Assembly: GCA_032718475.1 (NCBI GenBank)
Contig: JAUCBJ010005818.1
Coordinates: 1 to 34,458, forward strand
Source of the DNA: Nemertoderma westbladi
Lineage: Eukaryota; Animalia; Xenacoelomorpha
Reading direction: 5' to 3'
DNA length: 34,458 bases
In this document: positions 1-10,100 of the stretch, piece by piece
Layout: each line of letters begins with the position of its first letter
Position numbering within the stretch: the stretch's first letter is position 1
Position numbers and translations under genes: made by a program
The notes under the pieces: model-generated
The model's input: only the letters and a program-made list of their open reading frames with translations
Database searches by the model: none
Told to the model about the DNA's origin: nothing

Positions 1-1240
1 TATATATTATGCGGAGGCTGACGATTGGTTATATAGATGGTACATTCGCCACTACAAATAATGAGAAAGCAACTTTGTTAAATGAGTAGGCTATTTTCAT
101 AGTGCTTTTACAGTTGAAGGACCTGAGTAATATTTCTAGCCTTTCCTCCTACTCAACCAACTCAACCAAAAACTCTCCTCAATTTCATTCACCACAGACA
201 GACAGAATCCAGAATCAGTCACAAAAGCCATACAGTCAGTACGTGTACAGGAAATGAAAAGTCCCAGTGCCCCTGGCTGCCTGGCCCTGATTCCATATAC
301 TGATATATCCACAGGTCATAAAGGAATTTGCTGATTCAGTCGCCCATCCACTTGCTATTCTATTCCAAAAGTCTATGGATGAAGGTATACAGGCAGACAG
401 GTATAGCAGTATAGTTCCAGCAGAATGGAAATTGGCAAATCTGCAAATATCTGAATATATCTCCGCAGTTCAAGAATGGAAATAAATATGATAAAGAAAA
501 CTACCGGCAGATTAGCTTAACCTCATTCTGTCAGTTGTGTGTAAGCTTATGCTGTTATGGCAGTATGGAGCGCAACATAGCATCTGTCACATATGAATTT
601 TTAAAGGAAAACAGACGTCTTTCTGACCAACAGTATGGCAGTATGGGTTTCTTAAAGGACGGCAGGACGGTCATGTACACTGCAACTACTGGATGCCATA
701 TTTAACTGGTATAAGGTTCTTGATGACCGACAATGTATTGACGTTGCCTTTTTAGACTTTCGTAAAGCGTTTGATTCTGTCCCGTCACATCAACGTCTAC
801 TCCTCAAATTGAAGTCATTGGGGATAGCTGGCAACCTTTTGAAGTGGATTAGTTCGTTTTTATCTGGTAGATACCAACGAGTAGTAATTGGTGGTGAACA
901 TTCTACATGGCTATCAGTTGATAGTGGGGTTCCCCAAGGAAGTGTCGATGGGGTACTATTTTTCTTGGGATTTGTAGACGACCTGACGACATTCCTGCAC
1001 TCCTAGGGCATTTGGCATACTTGTTCGCTGATGACTTAATAGACTCTGCTGTAGTGGATCCCTCTATTAAACTCTCCGTGGGTGGAATACGCATCTCCAG
1101 TTTGGTCACCCAGCCATGTAGGAGAAATCCGCCTACTTGAGTCTGTTCAACGTCGGGCTACCCGTTTGGTAGTGGGCCTTCGTGACCTTCCATATCCGGA
1201 CCGAACAGCCGATTGCGTCGCTTGGGACTACCTACTCTGG
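1..1240 (+). mobile_element. Degenerate CR1/L2-group non-LTR retrotransposon (LINE) ORF2/RT fragment, 5' part
   Basis: After removing small insertions the frame reads as typical CR1-group RT: LLNEYFHSAFT, KSAPGPDSIYP, DEGIVPAEWKLANISP, ENYRQISLTSVVCKLME, QQYGFLKGRSC, DVAFLDFRKAFDSV, SGVPQGS, YLFADD, then after an internal deletion EYASPVWSP...LESVQRRATRLV...LGLPTL. Many frameshifts; the 5' end may extend beyond the window. Confidence 0.9.
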
Positions 1241-3172
1241 CAGTCGGTGAGAAGTCAAAAATTGGACTTGAGTCCAAAATTGGACTTCGACTCCAGTTCA
1301 AGTCCAAAATTGGACTTCTGTGAGTCCAATATTGGACTTCAAATCAGCCAATTGTTCCAGGGCCTTGGGTAATAGGATCGGGCGGGATTTTTTTTCTTTA
1401 ATCGAAAATATATCAAAAAATAAGAGTTTTGAACAGGGGGACCTGAAATTCACCAGGGGGAACGTTTTTTATAAGGCTTTGAATTTTTACAAAAGTCCAA
1501 TATTGGACTTTAAGTCCAATTTTGGACGTGACATTGAGAATCGAACTTAAAGGTACATGAAGCATGACAGATGAGAGACAGCCAGACAGCTGTTAGTGTT
1601 AAGTTATGGAAAGTTACCTTTGCAGCTCTGTATGTATCTTCAGTGTACTGACTGTACTGTACTTAGAATATAATAGTACATTCTAGCATTCTAGGTACTT
1701 TGTACTTTACTTTTAGCATATTGTTTAGTTCACAATTTACATTCATGTTATGTCTAACCTTACAGCCTTATGTACCCAGGACTTTATAGTGTCTTTAGGA
1801 CTAGATTAGATTATGCTCCAACAAATATTTAATTACAAATTATATTTGGTGGATACTGGTAGCAATGCCAGGTTAGCCAACTGCAGCTGCTGCTAAGGCT
1901 AACTACAATACAAGCTACGATTTCGTCTAAGGCTATGGGAGCCCTATCAGAAAGAAATACTACAAGTTGATGCTACCACCATCTCTTCTAATTTTTCCAT
2001 ACAACAGGAAGGGTATTATAAAACAGCTGGATATCAGGATAATGAAATGGGATTAGTAACTGATTAACGCGTTGGCGTCTCCACATAATAAGTACAGAAG
2101 TAACAAGTAACACACGTCATAATCATAAACCAATTGAGGGAAAGGAACATATTACAGAGGCAGGCTTTTCTAACTAAAACAATAAACGGCCACTTTTGAC
2201 TTTACCAATTGAAGGAGCCCTATAACCTCACCACATACTACTACTACAATCGGCATGATTCATTGCAGCTGCATTATATATAGCAGTATAGGCCCTATTA
2301 TGTATTAAGAATGCTGTGCCGGCTTGTTGACAAAAGTTCGCCTCCACAACTCCCTTACACTCTTACAGCCTTATCACCCATGACATTTGCTAGATCATCC
2401 GCATCTTCAAGGCCAGTGTCCTTTTAAGACAGTAAGAAAGATGCGTCTCAAGAAAGTCATGGGCTGTCCACCATGCTTATTCACTCCATGGGGTGCACTG
2501 GCTGGTCCTCACGGCTTAAAGCGATGTCCTGCAAAGCGGAGGCGGCTTTGTTCTAGTGTCAAGCTTGGGGGAACCAATGACTGAATGAGACACCTCCAAC
2601 TCCAATGTTATATAGTGTCTGGTTGGAGATGCAGAGATGTGTGCATTGTACTTGACACAGTGCTGCAGTGAAGTGAACCTAATCAAAACAATTAGTCTGT
2701 AGTCAATAAACATTAACTCAATAACATAATAGGTTACAGTTTACAGTTAGTCTTATTTTTGCCATACCGTACGAAAATACCACAGGTATTGCAGTATGGG
2801 TATGAATGAACTATACAGCTATAAATCAACTACGCTACCAAGGTATACACCGCTAAGGCAGTAAGGCTACCGCAAAGCTATACCACTACCGCAAAAAGTA
2901 ACCACTAATGTCTGACTGTACGTGTGCGATCCCTGTTTATAATACATATAATAATTAATTTGATCATTAAAATAATGTTGCATTTTAATTATGTAATAGC
3001 CTATATATGTACTGATACGGGATGCAGTTTTGATTTAAATACCGATATACAGTATGGCAGCATGGGTACACTTGGAGTTGTACTAAAGTCCAATATTGGA
3101 CTTTGGAGTCCAAAATTGGACTTAAAGTCTAAAATTGGACTTGAAGTCCAATTTTTGACTTCTCACCGACTG
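1241..3172. mobile_element. Non-autonomous DNA transposon with 29-bp TIRs (CAG...CTG termini) and 5-bp TSD TCTGG, inserted in the LINE
   Basis: 1241-1269 CAGTCGGTGAGAAGTCAAAAATTGGACTT is the exact reverse complement of 3144-3172. TCTGG lies at 1236-1240 and 3173-3177. Removing the element rejoins the LINE frame as LPTL-EYRRSRADLIQLY. No transposase ORF is recognisable inside. Confidence 0.93.
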
Positions 3173-3177
3173 TCTGG

Positions 3178-3220
3178 AATACCGACGTTCTCGCGCGGAC
3201 CTTATTCAATTATATTATTA
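3178..3220 (+). mobile_element. Continuation of the CR1-like LINE after the DNA-transposon insertion
   Basis: G|AA TAC CGA CGT TCT CGC GCG GAC CTT ATT CAA = EYRRSRADLIQ, resembling the LxTLExRRxRxDLI motif near the C-terminus of CR1-group ORF2. Confidence 0.85.
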
Positions 3221-3284
3221 TTATTTATATATATTATATTATAATTATTATTATTAACTTCAGTTTTTTTTTACCGCTTTTTTT

Positions 3285-3680
3285 TTATTGAATTTGTACC
3301 GTTTTACTTTACTACTTATTTTATTTAATTTTCCCATTGGTTAAAAAATTTATATCGTATTTTCCCAGTTGTCCTATTTGTAATCACATGCTATGCAATC
3401 CGTTATGAATTAATCTGTTATCTTATTGAATTTGTACCGTTTTACTATAGTACCTGTTTTATTTAATTTCCCATTCTCAGTTGTTTTTTCTTACCTTTTT
3501 TTTAATGAATTTGTACTGTTTTACTTTACTATTGTACCTATTTTATTTAATTGTCCAGTAGTTATAGGCTACAATGTAATGTATGTATATCGTATTGTTA
3601 TGCTGTCACACATTCCGGAATCACAGTTCCCAGTTGTTCTATTTTACTCACATGTTGTGCAATCCCACTTTAATTATTTA
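3285..3680. repeat. Degenerate AT-rich direct repeats (about 3 copies of an ~80-140 bp unit)
   Basis: TGAATTTGTAC(C/T)GTTTTACT...TTTTATTTAATT recurs at about 3289, 3427 and 3506; TTCCCAGTTGT..TATTT...CACATG recurs at about 3362 and 3627. Confidence 0.6.
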
Positions 3681-4400
3681 TCTGCCACTGCTGCACTGCG
3701 TTGTACAATGTACATTATAGCCAATACATGCAATAATCATATTCTGTTTACACCGTATAGATTACTTTTATGCCATTAATTTTTATCTATTTTATCTAGA
3801 CAATCCACGGTGATATATAAACTTTTATTTAGGTTGCGCCATTTTATTGTACTATGGAGACATGCCTAAATATATGTTGTATTCTACGACCTTATTGTGT
3901 TGTTTAAATGTTTGAGTAATTCGCATATTTTTAAAGTTTAATTTCCGCTTACATCATACATATCGTGATTTATGGGACCCTATAAGTTCTTAACTTTCTT
4001 GTTCCTGTAACTTTTCATAATAATAATAATAATAATAATTATATAGTTAAAGAGCTGTTGCGTGTTTTCCAGGAAGCCAGCTGAGTAGGTAACTGATACC
4101 TGGATACCGGTACCGGTACCGGTACCCTAGCCCTGTAGCCTGTTGTGCTGTAGTGGTAGTCCTAGCTGCCTAGTGTAGTACCGGTATTATTATTACAGCT
4201 GTGCAGTACTGCAGTATTACGGTGTAGCCTGTCCTGTAGGTCTACTCGGCAGGCCTATTCAGGTATGAAACTTAATACAGCAATGATATGATATGAATAT
4301 GATCCGGGCTGACGGGTGAGGAAGTTGGTTAATCTGGTGAAATGGAGAGGCAATAAATCAGTAAATCTAAACAGTAAACAATTACAAATTACTGAATTAA

Positions 4401-5513
4401 CCCTTCCCCGGTAACGTGGGGTAAAATAATACCCCAAGGGAATTAATTTTGATATTTTTCGACAATCTCTCATATTATGTAGGCCTATGTCCAGCTTCAT
4501 AGTATCTTCCCAAAAACTTGTAATCTAACGATTGTGTGGGTCAAACCCATAAAATTTTGTTTATGAAAAATGTTATGGGCCTTTAATTTGAAAACAACTT
4601 AGTTAGGTAAGATGGGGTATAAAAATACCCCATAACGTTATGGTGATGGTTTAGTGGTACTTTGTGACTCATTTTGGTGTCATTGGAACCACAATGGCAG
4701 AATGGTCGATTTAGTTGTACTAGACTGCTAGACAGACAGCTAGAGGCATGTTTTAACTTTGACTTTTAAGACCAAATTATCAGTATTATGAAGCTACTGT
4801 ATTCTGGTATTGTGTATGGCCTGTATTTCACAAGCCAAGACTTCGGCCTAATCGCGATATGCGATAGATTGCTAAGTATATGTGAATAATTCTTATTGTA
4901 GGCTTTCTTAGTGGTGTTCTGTCCTTTTGGGTCTCATTATGGGTTCATTGTAACTGCAATAATGTATAATTTAGTTGGACAATAATCACATTTAATGACC
5001 AAATCATCAGTACTTTTGCAGTCATGGTGTAAATTTCATATTACAATTCAAGATCTTCTGCTATTGCGAGGTGATATAGGGCCTATCTGTATATATATAT
5101 ATTTCACCTTGTTGACATTTAGTCATTAGTGGTGGTATTTGACTCATTTTATGCTTCTTGGAACTGCAATGGTATACTTGACCCATAACACCACTAAAAA
5201 ACCTAAAATGAGAAACTTTCTCACACAGCTAATGCTTCACTATGATAGTATCTTGTTGCAAAACGCCCCATCGCGACATTAACGATGATCGCGATTGTAG
5301 TGGGATAACTTTTGTGGCATTGAGCGTTGGGTAGACTTCAACCAAATTGAAAAAACAAATTCACAACTTATTTTTTCACCATTTGGCAAATTCTGGGAGG
5401 GGGATTGCAAGTGTTTTTCTGTTTAATGTTACTTAAAATGTCTTATCAATTTGGGGTATAAAAATACCCCACGTTACCGGTGAAGGATAATTTTTTACCA
5501 TACCGGGGCAGGG
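4401..5513. mobile_element. piggyBac-like non-autonomous element (MITE) with TTAA TSD
   Basis: Left end: TTAA (4397-4400) followed by CCCTTCCCCGGTAACGTGGGG. Right end: TACCGGGGCAGGG followed by TTAA (5514-5517). A second, longer right-end copy CCCCACGTTACCGGTGAAGG lies at 5467-5486. Palindromic GGGGTA(W)nTACCCC subterminal motifs occur at about 4418, 4614 and 5453. CCC...GGG ends with TTAA are the piggyBac signature. Confidence 0.8.
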
Positions 5514-5562
5514 TTAAGTACCGGTACCATAATTCGATTTAAATGTTACGATAGAGGTCGGA

Positions 5563-7184
5563 ATGGACAACGTAAAACGCCGCAACGTCACCAGAACTTC
5601 GTTTAAACGGCGGTCCCGTTTGTCTGGTATCAACGATAAACTCACTCTAGAGACTGTTCTGGGACTCAACGTTACAAACAACTGCAACCTCGCGATCAGT
5701 TCAGCCGCTGGAGTTATCGCTTACCCCGCTGGTTGTGTTGTAGTCCTTCATTACTGGGGGTCCGGCTCCCAGAAACACATTGTTAATGTCTGTAGGAAAA
5801 CGGTCATATCAGTCGCCTTGACTACCGACGGCTGTAACCTAGCGACCGGGGAAAGCGGGCACCAACCGGCCGTTCGCGTTTGGTCCGTAGACGACGCCAC
5901 GGAAATCGCCGCGTTTTTCGGGCATAGTTTCGGCGTCCGTTGCGTCGCGTTCTCACCTTGCGAAACAATCGTTGTTTCTATGGGAACTGAACACGACCAA
6001 GTAATAAACGTCTGGGATTATCAAAACGAAAGTAAATTAAGTTCCGGGAAAATCTCGACTAAAGTTCTTTCTTTAGCGTTTAGTGGTTGCGGTAAATACT
6101 TAGTTACTGTCGGTTTGAGGCAAGTTCGTTTCTGGTATTTAACCGAGTCCGGTAGGTCTAGGGAGGCGGTTCCGTTGGTAAGTCGGTCCGCGTTGCTAGG
6201 GGAACAACAGTCAAACTGTTTCGTAGATGTAGGTTGCGGCCCTAACGACTCGACCTTCGCAGTGACTCGAACCGCGATTGTCTGCGAGTTTGATAAAAAT
6301 CGGTTGCTAATGAAATGGGTCGAGTTGCGGAGCGGTGAGGCCTTCTGTATCGCGGTAACCCGGCGTTACATTATGTGCGGCTGTAGCAACGGGGTCGTTA
6401 GAATTCTAGAATGTTGTAATCTTCATTACGTCAACTCGCTGCCTAAACCGCACCATCTAGGGGTTAGCGTAGCGCCTCCTAGCGGGGAGCGTACTCCCCC
6501 CAGCGGGGGCCGTAAGTATCCCGACTGCGTTGCGATCGCGTGCGACACGACGCAGACTGTTACCGTTACGGTTTACTCTGATAGCTCGCTGTACGTTTGG
6601 GATGTTTCCAACGTTCGACGCGTCGAGAAACTCGCCTCGTTTCTGTACCACACTGGGTGCGTCTGGGGTTTGGGCGTCCTGGGCGCTAGTGAAGGCGCCC
6701 CAGACGCCCGAGAATGTCCCCTACCGTCGGATTCATTCCTAACCTGCGGGGCGGATCAAACAGTCCGCGTTTGGCGTTTAAACAACGACGATATTTCCAA
6801 CCGCATCAGCAGTAAAGAATTACTCAACATCATTTACGTAGAGGACGACTCCTCCTCGGTTAGCTATCCGTCTGCAGTTAGCGACGCGTCGGACCGCTGT
6901 CGTGGTGTCCGTTGTCTGTCCGTCAGTCCGAACGGACTCCATCTCGCCACCGGAGACCGTCTAGGCGTCGTCCGCATCCACGAACTCACCTTCCTCGAAC
7001 AACGAGTCGCGATAACCGCCCACGACTCGGAGGTACAATGCCTCGCCTACTCGCCGCCCTGGCACGGTCGCAGTCTACTAGCTAGCGCCTCCCGTGACCG
7101 ACTGCTGCATATATTCGACGCCAATAACGATTACTCCCTGGTTCAGACAGTAGACGACCATTCCTCCTCTATAACTTCGACGAG
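5563..7184 (+). CDS. MAPKBP1: MAPKBP1/WDR62-family WD40-repeat protein, exon 1
   Basis: Motifs LTLETVLG, IAYPAGCVVVL, LATGESGHQPAVRVW, LPKPHHLG, SFLYHTGCVW, AHDSEVQCLAYS, LLASASRDRLLHIFD and DDHSSSIT match the MAPKBP1/WDR62 N-terminal WD40 region. The exon ends at donor AG|GTGAGG (7184/7185, phase 2). It may be a co-orthologue of both vertebrate paralogues. Confidence 0.92.
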
Positions 7185-10100
7185 GTGAGGTTATTTATCT
7201 TAAAACAGAACGACAATTTTCCGACTATTAAATTTCCCTCCAACCAGTTAATTATGGGTTCAACACCGACCAATAATGTTTTTGTTCCTTTGATTCCCCC
7301 TAAAATAAGTTGCTAAAATAACAAGCTATTCCGAAATGCAGTGGTCGTGGTCGTTTTATTTGTGTGAATAATAATTTATAATAATAATAATAAGTAATAA
7401 TTTCTGTTGGTTCTGTTTGTAATTTTTATTAAATACTGTACCGCGTACCGGCATAGCGTATACGAATAAAATAGTGTATTCGATAAAAAAAACGTGTCGC
7501 CACTAATTGTAACTCGTTTAACTCGTCACAAATTACTTTATAATGATATTCAGATGTTCTGCCCTACCACATTGGATTTTGTATTTCAGCTTTCTAAAAG
7601 GTAATAATCGGTTTCAGGGCCATCCACTCAGGGATTTTTATACTTTATGAAAGTCGCTGGTTACAGTAGTGGCTGCCTCAACCCTAATTAAAACTGTCAT
7701 GTAACCCTAACCCTCGAAAAACACAGCTTGCCAACACATTGTTACTAACCCTAAGTCAACTGACCAACTAACCCCATCCAAAATAATAAACCGAACACTG
7801 AAGCAGTCAGGTTCTCAGGTTCAGTATAAATACCAGTTTGCCTTTTCAAAAAAGTGACCAAATTTGGCACGGATAATAATTTTTACATACAAAACCAATA
7901 AAATTTCAATGCTCTGGAGTGTCCGCTGTCCGGAATGTTATAGAACGTGTTCCAATGCTCTGTAGTGTCCGCTGTCCGGTATGTTATAGAACGTGTTCCA
8001 CTGCTCTGGGGTGTCCGCTGTCCGGAATGATATAGAACGTGTTCCACTGCTCTGGGGTGTCCGCTGTCCGGTTTGTTATAGAACGTGTTCCAATGCTCTG
8101 GGGTGTCCGCTGTCCGGTATGTTATAGAACGTGTTCCACTGCTCTGGGGTGTCTGCTGTCCGGTATGTTATAGAACATGTTCCACTGCTCTGGAGTGTCC
8201 GCTGTCCGGAATGATATAGAACGTGTTCCACTGCTCTGGGGTGTCCGCTGTCCGGTATGTTATAGAACGTGTTCCAATGCTCTGGGGTGTCCGCTGTCCG
8301 GAATGATATAGAACGTGTTCCACTGCTCTGGGGTGTCCGCTGTCCGGTATGTTATAGAACGTGTTCCAATGCTCTGGGGTGTCCGCTGTCCGGAATGATA
8401 TAGAACGTGTTCCACTGCTCTGGGGTGTCCGCTGTCCGGTATGTTATAGAACGTGTTCCACTGCTCTGGGGTGTCCGCTGTCCGGAATGATATAGAACGT
8501 GTTCCACTGCTCTGGGGTGTCCGCTGTCCGGTATGTTATAGAACGTGTTCCACTGCTCTGGAGTGTCCGCTGTCCGGAATGTTATAGAACGTGTTCCAAT
8601 GCTCTGTAGTGTCCGCTGTCCGGTATGTTATAGAACGTGTTCCACTGCTCTGGGGTGTCCGCTGTCCGGAATATTATAGAACGTGTTCCACTGCTCTGGG
8701 GTGTCCGCTGTCCGGAATATTATAGAACGTGTTCCACTGCTCTGGGGTGTCCGCTGTCCGGAATATTATAGAACGTGTTCCACTGCTCTGTAGTGTCCGC
8801 TGTCCGGTATGTTATAGAACGTGTTGCACTGCTCTGGGGTGACCGCTGTCCGGAATATTATAGAACGTGTTCCACTGCTCTGGGGTGTCTGCTGTCCGGT
8901 ATGTTATAGAACGTGTTCCACTGCTCTGGGGTGTCCGCTGTCCGGTATGTTATAGAACGTGTTCCACTGCTCTGGGGTGTCCGCTGTCCGGTATGTTATA
9001 GAACGTGTTCCACTGCTCTTGGGTGTCCGCTGTCCGGTATGTTATAGAACATGTTCCACTGCTCTGGGGTGTCCGCTGTCCGGTATGTTATAGAACGTGT
9101 TCCACTGCTCTGGGGTGTCCGCTGTCCGGAATATTATAGAACGTGTTCCACTGCTCTGGGGTGTCCGCTGTCCGGTATGTTATAGAACGTGTTGCACTGC
9201 TCTGGGGTGTCCGCTGTCCGGAATATTATAGAACGTGTTCCACTGCTCTGGGGTGTCCGCTGTCCGGTATGTTATAGAACGTGTTGCACTGCTCTGGGGT
9301 ATCCGCTGTCCGGTATGTTATAGAACGTGTTGCACTGCTCTGGGGTGTCCGCTGTCCGGAATATTATAGAACGTGTTCCACTGCTCTGGGGTGTCCTCTG
9401 TCCGGAATGTTATAGAACGTGTTCCACTGCTCTGGGGTGTCTGCTGTCCGGTATGTTATAGAACGTGTTCCATTGCTCTGGGGTGTCTGCTGTCCGGTAT
9501 GTTATAGAACGTGTTCCACTGCTCTGGGGTGTCCGCTGTCCGGTATGTTATAGAACGTGTTCCACTGCTCTGGGGTGTCCGCTGTCCGGTATGTTATAGA
9601 ACGTGTTCCACTGCTCTGGGGTGTCCGCTGTCCGGAATGTAATAGAACGTGTTCCACAGCTCTGGGGTGTCCGCTGTCCGGTATGTTATAGAACGTGTTC
9701 CACTGCTCTGGGGTGTCCGCTGTCCGGTATGTTATAGAACGTGTTCCACTGCTCTTGGGTGTCCGCTTTCCGGGATGTTATAGAACGTGTTCCACTGTTC
9801 TGGGGTGTCCGATGTGTTACAGAACGTGTTCCAATGCACTGTGGTGTACGGTGTGTTCCGGAACGTGTTCCAATGCTCTGGGTTGAGCGGTGTGTTCCAG
9901 AACGTGTTCCAATGCTCTGGGGTGTCCGCTGTCCGGTATGTTATAGAACGTGTTCCACTGCTCTGGGGTGTCTGCTGTCCCGTATGTTATAGAACGTGTT
10001 CCACTGCTCTGGGGTGTCCGATGTGTTACAGAACGTGTTCCAATGCACTGTGGTGTACGGTGTGTTCCGGAACGTGTTCCAATGCTCTGGGTTGAGCGGT

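Noticed and set aside
7680-7775. CCCTAA telomere-like motifs
   Set aside because: Only a few scattered copies, never more than about two in tandem; not an interstitial telomeric array.
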